64,000 nt of DNA from the human T2T-CHM13v2.0 reference genome, Homo sapiens. Position 1 is the stretch's first letter. Every line of letters begins with the position of its first letter. This document shows positions 16,201-32,470 of this stretch, piece after piece. Made by a program: the position numbers and the translations under genes. The stretch is taken from NCBI RefSeq assembly GCF_009914755.1, contig NC_060931.1; one strand, given 5' to 3'. The notes beneath the pieces were generated by a model that was given only the letters and a program-made list of their open reading frames with translations, did no database searches and was not told the origin of the DNA.

Positions 16201-17384
16201 TGAATAGTTTTATTTTTATGTAAATGATTTATGTAAATAATATTTGCCATTAAATATTACCCATTTCTCAATTTTATTTCTTCCATACTGTAAACTATAA
16301 AGCTTTCTGATAATTTTTTTTAAATAATCTTATGCTTTTGGGAGTAGACTGAGGAAAAATAAGGCATATTTCAATAGGAAATTATAAATGTGCATCTGAA
16401 TGAATTGCCTTTCCAGGTAAAGGTGTGCCAAGGTCACGCAGCTGAGCCTCCTTGGAGAGGAAATTTAGAAGGTGGTAAAGAGAATGGAAAGTTCCTGCAG
16501 CTGTACCAGTGACAGCCAGCCAGAGTTATCCAGTGCTGGAACTGGAAATGAGCTTAGAGATGATATGTACAGGGGTCACAAACCAAAATGTACTGCAGGC
16601 ATTCTGATTTCATATGTTTTTAAACACAATGCATGATGAATGAAACACCAAGTTTTTCTGCCTAGTGAGTTCTTGCCAGACCTAGAGTCTATTCCTTTCT
16701 CATATCCTTGTATTCTAATTTCATATATTCCTGTATTCTGTCTAGTTTTCTGCAGTGCCATCCTCAGCACTCAAAGGGCAACTAATGACTTTGATTATGT
16801 TCCCGATATCAGCCTTTAGATTAATAGAATAAATGGGAGAAACAATGGAGTTCTTGCTTGAAGGTAGGACATTTGTGTGTCAGTTTGGGTATGGGGAGTG
16901 TCATAAGAACAGTTTTTCTTTTATGAACACACACATTTGAGGTGTAAGCTTTTTTGTAGCTTGTTGGTAAAATAATCTGGTTTTTAATATTCTTTCATGT
17001 TTGCTATCTTTTGATGGAGTACACTAAAAAAAAAAAGTAATGTCTTGGCAGCAAATGGCCCTCTCTTGAGGATGGTAACTGTGGAGATGTTCACTTTAGA
17101 GTGGAATATTCCAAATGCATGGCCTGGAGGCATGGAGTTTAGGAGGCATGGAGTTTGCCAGTGTTGCCCTGGCAGCCTGCTTGGAAGCTTTGGCATGTGA
17201 GGTGCGTGCAGGTGTGAGGTGCCATCTTGCGTGAGAGGGCAAAGCTGGAGAAGGGCTTTAGACAGGACCTGTGCAAGGCCAAATGCTCCACTGAGGAGGC
17301 TACCAGAGGGGTGTTCATAATGTTAGGCTGCAGCTTCCCCTGTACAAATGAAGACTGCATGTAATAACCTGTTGTGCTTTGGTA

Positions 17385-17605
17385 AAAATAGAAAGATATA
17401 TATAGAGAGAAATATAAACATATTATGCATTTGAGCATGTATATAGTATTTATGTGACTATATATTTGTATATCTCTATATCTGTAATTGCATGTATCTA
17501 TACACACATATATAAAAATAATAAAAATATATAAAAACATGCTTATAAATACAAATGCAAACATACACATTTCTCAGATACTTCTCAACACATTTCTAAC
17601 ATACA
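17385..17605. repeat. TA/CA-rich low-complexity region
   Basis: Direct inspection; explains spurious 143-aa ORF 17139..17570. Confidence 0.65.
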
Positions 17606-17754
17606 CATGTTTAAGATTGGATGCCCCAGAAACAGACCCTGAGATAAGTATATATGTGTAAGTAGTTTATTTGGGAGATACAGAAGGCTCTGGCAGAAGA
17701 GTGCGGAGGGGATACAAGGATGAAGAAGCAGCCAGTTGAGGGAATGTCACCAAG

Positions 17755-18153
17755 TGCTATGGTCTGAACGTCCCCCAAAATTCATGGGTTGAAACTTAAT
17801 CGCCATTGTGGTGGTATTAAGAGGTGTGACATTTAGGAGGTGATTAAGCCACGAAGTCTCTGCTCTCATGAATGGCCAAGTGTCCTTATATAAGGGCTTG
17901 AGGGAGGAAGTTCATCTCTCTTGCCCTTCCATCACTCCCGCCATGTAAGGACACAGTGTTCCTCTCCTTCGGAGGTTGCAGCAACAAGGCGCCATCTTGG
18001 AAGCAGAGACAGCAGCCCTTGCCAGACACCAAACCAGCCAGCACCTTGATCTTGGACTTCCCGGCATTCAGAACTGTGAGAAATAAATTCCTGTTCTTTG
18101 TAAGTTACCCACTCTCAGATATTTTGTTATAATAGTACGAATAGACTTTGACA
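17755..18153 (+). mobile_element. MSTD-like MaLR solo LTR
   Basis: TG...CA termini; ggcgccatcttggaagcagaga, gatcttggacttccc, agaactgtgagaaataaa; TSD ccaag/ccatg. Confidence 0.85.
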
Positions 18154-18398
18154 CCATGTGAGCTACCATTGTGTGTGACCAGAGCTTAGTCTTGCTGGGG
18201 AAAGTCTGGAAGCCAGTGTAAAATTCATACCTCAGAATGTTTTCACTGAAGGAGTGAGAGAACTGAAATATCTACACACCAACTCCAACCAGGGTTTGGT
18301 TGAGGGCTGCTCCCGGGAGGTCTTGATTGGGTAGCATTTCCAGCCTGCCCCTCAAGTGGCAAAGTGGTCTTTAGCAGCAAGAGGAAGAAACACAAAAA

Positions 18399-18733
18399 CG
18401 GATACTTCTCAACTTACGGTGGAGTTATGCTCTGATAAATGCATTGTAAGTTGAAGATATCTTAAGTTAAAAATGCGTTTAACACACCTAACCTACTGAA
18501 CACCGTAGCTTAGCCTAGCCTGTCTTCAGCCTGCTCAGAACATTTATATTAGCATATGGTTGGAAAAAATCATCTAACACAAAGCCTATTTTATAATAAA
18601 CTATTGAATAGCTCATTAAACTTCTTGAAAACTATACTTAAAGTGAAAAGCAGAATGGTTGTACGAGTACTAAAAAGTACATATTCTACTGAATGCATAT
18701 CGTTTAAGTCAAAATATCATCAGGGACTAACTG
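18399..18733 (+). mobile_element. MER47A (TcMar-Tigger) non-autonomous element
   Basis: cacctaacctactgaac-tagcttagcctagcct-aaaatcatctaacacaaagcctattttataataaa; ends ctg followed by TA. Confidence 0.85.
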
Positions 18734-18820
18734 TACTGGCAGTTAGAAGTGTGGGCATGTGCACACACCCAAGTGGTAAGGGTGAGAGGATGTGGGTCCG
18801 CAGCGACAGAGTCAGCTACA

Positions 18821-18942
18821 ACATACATATGTGTGCATAAGTGTCCATATATATGCACGTAAACATCTATACATTCATATATTTGTGAATATGTATGCGT
18901 ATATGTGCATACGCATATGCATACACGCATATGCATACACAC
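18821..18942. repeat. Alternating purine-pyrimidine (TA/TG/CA) degenerate microsatellite
   Basis: gtatgcgtatatgtgcatacgcatatgcatacacgcatatgcatacacac. Confidence 0.7.
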
Positions 18943-18984
18943 GTTTGGAATACTAAACCTTTAGCTTTTTCCCAAACCTATTAC

Positions 18985-19258
18985 TCTGTTTTGCCTCCAG
19001 TCCTTTGCTCATGCTGCTACCCTGTTTGTAATTCCTTTCTTCTGCTTGTTCACCTGGCGAATGCTTGATCTTTCCAAGTCTGTTACCACCACCCCCCTGC
19101 AACTCCCTGAGAACCTGATTCCCCCAAGGAGAAGCAACTGTTTTCTCTTTTGTATTCCTGATGGCTCCATGGCTCTCGTTTGCTATAGCTTCCCTGCCAT
19201 CTTTCCCTCCCTCCTCCTCTGTGCTTAGCACCACTGGCAGGCGCTCAGCAATGTTGGC
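18985..19258 (+). mobile_element. LINE-2 3' fragment
   Basis: cctttgctcatgctg...cacctggcgaa...cttagcacc...gcgctcagcaatgttgg. Confidence 0.5.
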
Positions 19259-20880
19259 ACCCTTCTTCTTTCCTATTGCTGTCTTTTGATGTAGTACACT
19301 GAGAAAGAGTAATGTTTCCTCTTCCATCCTGAGACTTCTGCCCTTCCAAGCTGGCCAGCCTATTCTCGTCTGGGAGAGTAAATCTGGTCAGATATCCCCT
19401 TATCACTAGCTTACTCTTTGCCTTGGGGGCACACCCTAGGGAGTTGTGTGGGTGTGTGAAGCATCCCTTGGGGGTATTATCCAGCTCCAATGGATGAACT
19501 GCAAACTCTTCGTGGTGTCCCCACTGGCAAGTGGCTTGTATACGCCATGTGGCTTGTATTTGAGGTCCAACCCACTTAGTTACACTCTCTGAATTTGTGA
19601 AAATCTGTGTACTGATGTTTTCGTGATGTGGTGACAGAGAGGCAGACCATCAGGAAGACACTCGTCTTATGGAGATGGATTCCTAAGATAACGAAACAAA
19701 TGCCTCACACATGATTGTACATCCTGGTTTCAGCTGGTCCATCTCTATGGCATTCCAGACAGTTGAGAACGTGATAATGTTTGAGGATTATCTGGAGAGG
19801 ATTTCACAACCTTTTGCTCTTATCCATTCCAGAAGCAGACCTAACGTTTTTAGGTGTGACTATCATCATGACTCACTCAGAAAATGCAGTGCTTTCTTAT
19901 CATTTGTTAAACTGCATCATCCCTGTTTACCCATTGTAGAAATAAAAGAGCCAAGAGAATCACTTCTTCAGAGTCCCGATATTCATCAGGGGAGTGACAG
20001 CTTGAGTCCTATTAGCTGTTCCATATAGCGGTCTGAGTCATACCAGAGTGCATTCTTTATGAGATGTGTTCAGTGCGAATAAGCACTATATTCATGTTTA
20101 AATGGAAAGAGGATTCTTTCCTACCACTGAAGCAAAGAATAGTTTATAAAGTATACTGAGTGTTGGTTAAAGCACACCTTGGCTTCCTACCTGCTTAACT
20201 GTATAGCAAACAGCTTTGTGTGCCTTTGTTCAGTCAACTTTTCAGGAAACAGGATGGTGGTAGTTGGCACAGACATTTCTGTAAAACCTGTCTTCAATGT
20301 TGTGAGACTAAAGACCAAGGTGCCAATCAGAGATGTTTGTGTTCTTTTTACCAAACTATTTTAAGAACCCCAGGGGCTCAGTGTTCTTGGAAATTGCTTA
20401 CGGGAGGGAGTATAGCCCACAGAGTGGTAGGATGCTTTTAAAAGAGCAGCAAGTCCTCTGTCTGTAAAACCAGCCAAATTAACCGGCCAAGATCAATTAC
20501 TTTGGCTGACAAAGGCGTATTAAGTTCAGAGGATTTTTACCAATAAACATGGGTTGTTAATGGGCTGTCTGTGATGAAGGAGCTGTGCTTTACTGGCTCT
20601 TAGAAGCCCTGAAGTCCATAAACACCTTTGCTCTCACTTACACTTTAGATATTGCAAAGTGCTGTCTCCCAGGGAAAATGAAACTCCAAGGAAGGGTATT
20701 TGAAGAAAGCAAAGAAAATGGAGATCCTCATGGCTTCCCTGTCTCTTAGACTGGATTCTTGAAGATGTTCTGAGCAGCCAGGCAGGGTCCAGCCTCTGTC
20801 AACTCTGTGACCTCATCACTGTCCCTCATCCTTGTCCTCTCTGCTCTGGCCACTCTGGCCTTCAGACAGAACCTCTCCAT

Positions 20881-21043
20881 CCTTGCTACACAAAGGGAGG
20901 ACTCCCACCAGCAACGTGGACCTCACCTGTGAGCTCATTAGAAATGCAGCATCTCTGTCCCTCTTCCAGGCCCACTGAATTGAAATCTGCTGTTCCACAT
21001 GATCCCAGAGGTTCATGTGCCAAATAAAGTTTGAGAAGCACTG
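20881..21043. mobile_element. MER5A/MER5A1 fossil
   Basis: ccttgctacacaaag...ttagaaatgcag...tgaaatctgc...aaagtttgagaagcactg. Confidence 0.75.
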
Positions 21044-21159
21044 GTCTTATATCTCATGGCTTTTACCTAGGCAGCTTTTTCCTTTTCTTCCCATTTCTCC
21101 TCCTTCCCATCGCTCCTATACCTAGACAGTCTCCGCCCACTCATCCAGCACTGCAAAGC

Positions 21160-21410
21160 CCAGACATTCCTTCTTTAGGGAAGCTTGTTCTGATTCCCAA
21201 GACCAGATCACTTCCTGTTGGGAAACTCTTTTATAGCACCCCATACTTTACGCTCCAAACATCTAAAATGATTTGTAATTAGTTATTTTTGTTTGTGATG
21301 GTTTTATTTAACTCCATCCATTAGGATAAAATGGTGACTGTATCTTCTGTGCTTGGCTCATAATGGGTATACATAATAATCTGCTGAATTCATGAACAAA
21401 TGGATGCTGG
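21160..21410 (+). mobile_element. LINE-2 3' fragment
   Basis: Ends gcttggctcataatgggta...aatctgctgaattcatgaacaaatggatg. Confidence 0.45.
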
Positions 21411-23214
21411 TTTTTATTTTCCTTCTCTTCCCCCACTGCTTCTCTTCTCTCTCTGCTACTTTCCCCACCCACACCAAACATTTAGTCTTTACCAATTCGG
21501 CAGAGAATAGAGAGATGCACGTCATTGTGGATGAGCTCAGAAAGAAAAAGAGATTCATTTCAGCTGCTGCAGAGCTTATGATAAATTGTTTGGTATGGAA
21601 TGTGAATGACTTCCCTGAGAATGTCTTGTTTGAAAAGTGTTCCTAAGCCTCAGAGATCCCCACAAGTTCTGGTGGCAGGAAGCTGTGGTGGCAGGAAGCA
21701 GTCACCAACAATCAGGGCCACTCACTGTGGCAGAGCTTTTAAAAGAGGAGAATCCACTATCCTCAGAGTTGACCTTGCTCTGAAAAATACAGGAGACATG
21801 ACTGACCTCCTCCTGCTCCAGCATCTCCAGCTCAGATTGCAGTTCTCTGCAATAGGAAGGAAAGAGATGCCTCATCATTTCTGTGGTCACGTGGTGCCCA
21901 ACTGTGCTGTTTCTCCTTTGACATGGGGACTTGGGAACTTCGATGCCTGAACCCTCTCTCATGCCCTCTGCCTTACTTGCAATAATATGTGCAATTTGAT
22001 GCATTTTAGTCATAAGCTGTCATTATATCTTCCCTGTCCACGGGGAGAAATTTGGCTACATCTGGGCAATAAATTGGAGAATTGAGCAATTATTGAGCAA
22101 ATTAGATCAATGTGGGCAGTTCATCTAACTAGTGTGGGCCAAAAAGCCCCAGAGGAGTTTTCAAAACTAGTCTGAAATATTGGTGTAATTGCTGCAGTGT
22201 TCCATTCTGCACTATGGATGTACCATCTTGATTTTGAACAGTCAATTGAAAAAAAAAAAAAAGTTTTCTTAAAGGGCTGGATAGCACTTGGCCACTAGGA
22301 GGGGCCTTCAACTTGCTTAGAAAAGTAGCTGGTGTTCTGCTTGTTTTGTGACTGGACAATGAGCTTGTGAATCTTGGTGTTTTATGTTAGAAAGAATCCG
22401 AATAGTTGTGGTTTACCTGTCAGCCAAGGCTTCTAGTGGAAGGTCTATTGTAATGCCATTGTCATTAGATTGAATCCATAAATGCACAACTATTGTTATG
22501 GGATATCAAATTCTGGTTTCTTGAAAATACCACCAAAATGACCTGTTTATAAGGCAAAGCTGAATTAATTGCCTACCACAGTCATTGATCATTACCTAGA
22601 CAAAGCTTTTGTAGCTTTTTGGAAGAAAGAGGGCAAAGGTGGGATGAGGTTTTAGAGGATCTGGCTTAAGAGGGGTCATTCAGTGTGAGGGCTTGATTTG
22701 GACTGGGAAAATTTCATAATATGTTAGTTTAGAGTTGCAGAAAACGGTAAGGCAAGAGCTTCAAATCACATCTTGAAATGTTCATGAGCATAGTTGAGTT
22801 ATCTGTGTTACTAGACTGTAGTTTCAGCAAGTTAAGTACTTTTAGCAAGTTCTTGAAACCAGTAGGGGGCTCAATTTTTTTATATTAAAAATATTGGGAA
22901 TAACTGTTCTATATTTTAAATTCTACCTCATCCTGGACTTAAATGTTTGCAGGACAAATCCTAAATTTTAACCCTCATGTATGTTTTTATTTTAATGGCT
23001 TATAAGATTCCTTATGATTATTTCTTTATATAATTTGTTTGTAGCTGAAATATTCTGTAAAGCTATTTTTCTACACAGGGAGACATTGACTTCATATTGA
23101 GCACAACAGGGAAAAAAGTTGGAAAAGAAAGTTTTTCTTTGACATTTGAGCATTTATATGAAAATGCATAGTTTGAAAAGAAATCCACAAATGATTTATT
23201 TACAGAGGAATTAT

Positions 23215-23420
23215 TGATAATGGTTATTATTACTGAATGTGTACCCTGTGCCAGGTACATATAGTATATAATGTTAATTTTCACAATTGTTCTGCAACCT
23301 AGGAGGTCTTCGCTTCTTTTTTGTTTAAAAACAAACAAACAAACAAAAACCCAAGCTTCTGAGAAGTTTAATGGCTTGCCTAAAGTCAAAAAACTAGCAA
23401 GAACTGAAGCCATAAACTGC
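23215..23420 (-). mobile_element. MIR fragment
   Basis: tactgaatgtgtaccctgtgccagg...gagaagtttaatggcttgcctaaagtca. Confidence 0.55.
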
Positions 23421-23934
23421 CTGATTATAACGCTACATGCCATTTCTCTCTGTCTATCCTCTCCCTGCACCAACCAGTGTAATTTTGAGATATTATCTAT
23501 AATTGTTGGTGGAGATTTGAAACTTGGAAATGGCATTTGAGTCTATGGAGTGAAGAACGACCAGCCATTTTGAGGGAGAAATAATGGTAATGCAAGCATT
23601 GGGGAAAAAAACCCAAATCTGGTACAAGAAATATTGACACAATAAAAGAATAAATTACACTTCCTCTCTCCAAAGTTCACACGTCTAAGCAAGTTTAAAC
23701 TCATACCAGATTTCAGCCTTGGGCATTGAGCCTAAGCATTTGTCTCCATAATGCCAGTGTGAATGAAGAACACATATCTGTTATCCTCAGGTAAGTTGGA
23801 AAATTGAGACATAATCTATAATGCATCTCCTTACCAAGAAAATATGCATAAACAAAGAAAATGTGATAGTTTCCGGGCAGAGCCACCCTTATTGCCTCTG
23901 CTCCCAAAAATAGATAAAAATAAATGTTTATCCA

Positions 23935-24223
23935 GCCAGGTGTAGTGGCTCATGCCTGTAATCCTAGCACTTTGGGAGGCCGAGGCGGGTGGATCACGAG
24001 GTCAGGAGTTCAAGACCAGCCTGACCAATATGGTGAAACCCTGTCTCTACTAAAAATACAAAAATTAGCTGGGCATGGTGGTGCGTGCCTGTAATCCCAG
24101 CTATTCAAGAGGCTGAGGCAGGAGAATCACTTCAATCTGGAGGTGGAAGTTGCAGTGAGCCGAGATCATGCCACTGTACTCCAGCCTGGGCAACAGAGCA
24201 AGAGTCCGTCTCAAAAAAAAAAA
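23935..24223 (+). mobile_element. AluSg-like, full length, sense to gene
   Basis: ggatcacgaggtcaggagttc diagnostic; A tail 24213-24223; TSD aaatgtttatcca/aagtgcttatcca. Confidence 0.95.
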
Positions 24224-24879
24224 GTGCTTATCCAGTGGGCTTATCTCTCCATTGCAGTGATCCACTGAAGTTTAAGCATTAATTGTAATAGCTTCCTTGG
24301 AAATTTTATGGAGGAGTTGGGTTCACCTAGACATAGCTTTCAGTGTTGTGTGACTGTAAATTTATCCTCCTGGTAGATGGAAGGAGAAATTGTGTCATTG
24401 CTTTTGAAGTTACTTTCTCTTATCTGTCTAAGAAGCAGATGTGTTTATAGATTTGAGTGAAATTTGGAATAGGGATTAGAGTTGGTAGAAGAATTAGCTC
24501 AATTGCTTAAATCTCACTTCGTTGTATCCTAGAAAAGATCATTCCTTTAATTTTCTTCTTCATCCTTTTATTTTCTCTAAGGTCTGTCAAATCATGTGTT
24601 CCTTTTATCCCCTAAAAATCCTAGAACAGATATGGATTTTACTAAATGCTGAAGACTTTTTAAACTATCTGTCCATTCCTCTTTCCATCTTTATATCTCT
24701 GTCTTGCCTGTACAGCCAGCCAGTCCTTTGTTAGCTTAACCATGTTTGTCTGTTTTGTGTTACACACTATGTTAGGCCCTGGGCATTCAAAAATGAAGAG
24801 GAATTCACTTTTCCTTTTCAGCCAAATACAATCTATTGACTTGTGAAAATAAAACCATAATGCAGCCTTTCTTGTGCCA

Positions 24880-25570
24880 CATATAAAGCATTGTATGATA
24901 ATTTCAAAAAGCCTAGATATATTGAGAAATTAAAATAATTGTACAACTCGAGGATAACTACTGTTAATATGATTTGATATATTTCCTTCTAACTTTTTTC
25001 CCTCCATATGTACCTATAATTCTGTAGGTAGTTTTATATCCTTGTTATTTTCATTTAACATTATATTGTGAATATGTCTCCATTTCATGAAAAAGTTGAG
25101 AATACTTTTAAAAGCTACATAATATTTCCATAAAACCATAATTTCATCATTTTCAGTTGTTAAAAATTAACATTTTCAGTTTTTACTATTTTGAATAATG
25201 TGACAGATATCTTTGAAAATTAATCTTTTTTGTTTCTCTGATTATTTCTTTGGCTAAGTTCTATAATTAGTGGGTCAACGAATCAAATATCTTAAGGGGT
25301 GTGTGTGTGTTGCTGAAGTACTTCAAATCAATGTCTTAATTCCCACTCCAATAATCAGTATATAGGTGTATACTACATATTTCCTGCACCATAACTATTT
25401 TCCATTTGGAAATCTTGTTTTCATGGCATTTGGCTTCTGAAACTGAGCATTTTCCATATGTTTATCAGCCATTTGTGTTTTTTTTTTTCTGTAAATTGTC
25501 TGTGTTTTTATTTCTAATGTTTCTATTGGGTAGTTAAAGTATTATTGAAGTTTATATGTGTATGAAGGAT
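24880..25570 (-). mobile_element. Ancient L1ME-like fragment
   Basis: AT-rich L1 3'-region motifs (ataactactgttaatat, ttttcatttaacattatattgtgaa, gagcattttccatatgtttatcagccattt). Confidence 0.5.
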
Positions 25571-28504
25571 CTTAATCCTCGGCTAGATATGTTAAGATGC
25601 GTTTAAAAACACTGAAACTGCTTTGTGTGCCATTTGACCTTAGTATGCATATGGCATGGTAGATAATTGCATAGTTTGCTAAAATCCCATGTCTTCTTCC
25701 AATCTTTACCCCTCAAATCTTGATCCAAATATATTAAAAAATAGAAAAGTGAGTCAGCATTGTCAGTTCCCACATTTATTTTGTCCAAGACTTTTCATTA
25801 TTTAAACTCCTTCTTTTCCATCTCTAACTCCTTCGTTTTGAGATTGCGACCTTCTGTACCTGCTCCCATATTGATATGACTCATTCTTTTGAGTTTCTAT
25901 AGTGCTTCCTCTCATACTCATGGCTCTGCAGCCTCCTAACCTCCCTAGTCTTCTCTCTTTCCTTCTTGGCTCAGAAAGAGAACTATCCAGAATCCCCCTA
26001 CTCTCCAAGTCTGGTTCTCATTTGGGCTCCTCTGCCCATCTCTTTCTACTTTTCCTAGGATGTTGTTCTGGGTTTCAAATTTTAAAGTCCTAGTAGACAG
26101 GGATAATGTACCTCACAGCTTGAGTACAGTGTCTTACACATAGGAAACAGTGAATATTTGGCTAAATAACTAGTCTTATAGCTGTTGATTTGAGTATCCA
26201 TGTTCTTGAAAATGAGTTATACAATCTAGAACTTTTCTACCTTCCTACTTTGGTCTTGATGCCCATCTTGAAGGCAGTAGGAAAATATTCATGGTTTTAA
26301 TGAGCATGGTTACATGAAAGATTCATGATAAATCTGTAGAGGAAGAGGCTCCAACCACAACCATTGCAAAAAGCTGGTAAGGAGACTTAAGAGTAGCTGT
26401 GTGAAGAGGATGGAACGGGGGGTGAGCTCAGGGGACAGCAAGTCTAAGAATGTATCATTCTGTGTTGTGGGAGGACGAGAATGGAAATATTCATTAATGA
26501 AAATAAAAGAAATATCCTTTTTAGTCAACAAAATAGGATAAAATATTAGTCTCAGAGTACTTTAGGACATTTCCAGAACTTTCTGATCTTTTTGTCCATT
26601 ATTAGCCAGATAACTTCATTTAAAAAACCAGTTTGGTACCTCTGGGCCTGCGGCTTTCCCTGCTCCTTTGTTTGTTTGTGCTTCGTGGCTCCCCTCCCCT
26701 CCTGTGCCCTTCTGTTCCATCTCCTTCCCCGCCTGCTTCCACTTCCCTGTCCCTGGTCCTACTTGAGCTTCCCCTCTTCCATTCCCATCAGGCGCTCTGC
26801 ACGATAGCCTGGTATTAGTAAAGTACCATGAGTCATTTTCATTGCTATCTTGGTCTCTCCTCAAATAACTATCCCAGAATTTTGCACACACTAGATATTC
26901 AGGAAATATCTTTTGAATGAATTGATTACACATTCTGGCACCTTTTAAATGTCATTCAAATGTTCGATTTGGAGGGTGGCAGTGCTCCTGTGGGCCTGTG
27001 AATGGCTTCAATTACCACCATTCCCTCAGAGTGGAATTTTAAATGGTACCACTTGTTTGGTGTGTGAGCCGCGATGTGTTTGCATCTCAGGGAGCCACAA
27101 TCCTCTCTGAAGATTGGAGGATGCTGAACCACAAACACACAAGGAGAAGAGTACTTCCTCTGCACCATCCAACATTCCCTTCTCAAGCCCATCTCTGAGC
27201 CTACACTGAGTCATACGCAGTGACTCATCCTTCTGAAATCCACCTAAGATCTCGAGCTGTGGTTTAGAAGAGCCAACTTGAAATACTGAGCAGACTTTGT
27301 TGTTTGGAGAGGACACGGCCTCCTTGATCTGGGTGCACCTTCCATATAAGGGGCCCCATGGCAGGTATAAGTGACCAGGAGTCAGCTCCAGTGTCAAACA
27401 TGTCTATCACAGAATCCTACTACTTTTTTTTTTTTCCTCTTGTGCCTCTCTTCTGTTCTCTGTGATACACAGAGTCAGACAATGTGATCATGATTAACCA
27501 CATTATGTTCCAGATGTTAAATTACAAAACTATGTGAGGACTTCTTAAACCTCTGACTATTGCTAGAATTAAACAGCAGAAAAAAACTTGATATTCATAA
27601 TGAATAAAAAGGAAAACTATAGTTTATCCATGCCATTCTCTTTAGGCAAAAGGAGGAGGTACCAGTTTCATTTCTGACTTGATTAGATATAAATGTGTAA
27701 TGTAGTCAAGCGTTAACAAAAGCAGTTACTCATTATGAAGGAGTATCTTTTGGTCATATTTTAAGAACTAACATTTAATAATAGAAAAGTTACTTTTTAA
27801 TTTCAAAACGAATATGAAAAATTACTCTCACTACATTATTCATACTGATATATATCTTAATTTTTTTCATGCTGTCATTTTATTAAACAAGTGTTTAGTG
27901 TCCTTTCACATATTGGATTATAGGGCTGTGTTGACTTTAGGGATCTTTTCCCCACCAGTTGGGGTGATGAATGTGATTGGCAAATGCTAGGAGTGACTCT
28001 TTTTTGACATTGATGGGAAATGCATTTCTTTTCAGTGTCAAGTTCAACAACAGGAGAGGGAGGGGACTCTTGAGAATTTTGGATTTTGTTATTAGGTTTT
28101 CAGCATCCATAATATTCATAAACAATAGACACAGCTGTCTTTAATAACTAAGCCCACTAACTGAATGGAGAGAACATATGCCCAGAAAAACATCAGATTG
28201 TAAGAGAATTTTTTTTTCCAACACAGAAATTTTCAGAGATTGAAGCAAGATTTCATTTATAACCAAACTGTGTGTTTATCTCAAACTTCTATCATTAAGT
28301 AAAATAATTTGACCAAGGTCTAGGAAAAATGCAGTGAAGTGTTTGGTATTTTTATTTTTTTTTAATTATTTTTTTAATTATACTTTAAGTTTTAGGGTAC
28401 ACGTGCACATTGTGCAGGTTAGTCACATATGTATACATGTGCCATGCTGGTGCGCTGTACCCACTAACTCGTCATCTAGCATTACGTATATCTCCCGATG
28501 CTAT

Positions 28505-28526
28505 CCCTCCCCCCTCCCCCCACCCC
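28505..28526 (-). other. G-quadruplex-forming tract of the L1 3'UTR
   Basis: Minus strand GGGG-T-GGGGGG-A-GGGGGG-A-GGG. Confidence 0.7.
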
Positions 28527-28581
28527 ACAACAGTCCCCAGAGTGTGATATTCCCCTTTCTGTGTCCATGTGATCTCATTGT

Positions 28582-32422
<3,841 letters not shown>

Positions 32423-32470
32423 TTATTTTGCTTATTAGTTGATGCAGTTTCTTCCTAGTCTCGATGGTCT

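Larger units (their letters stand above)
17608..18820 (-). mobile_element. Old MaLR LTR (MLT1H/I-like) split into three pieces by MSTD and MER47A insertions
   Basis: ccccagaaacagaccctgaga...aagtagtttatttgggag (17608-17754), continuation 18154-18398, terminus ...gtcagctaca (18734-18820). Confidence 0.65.
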
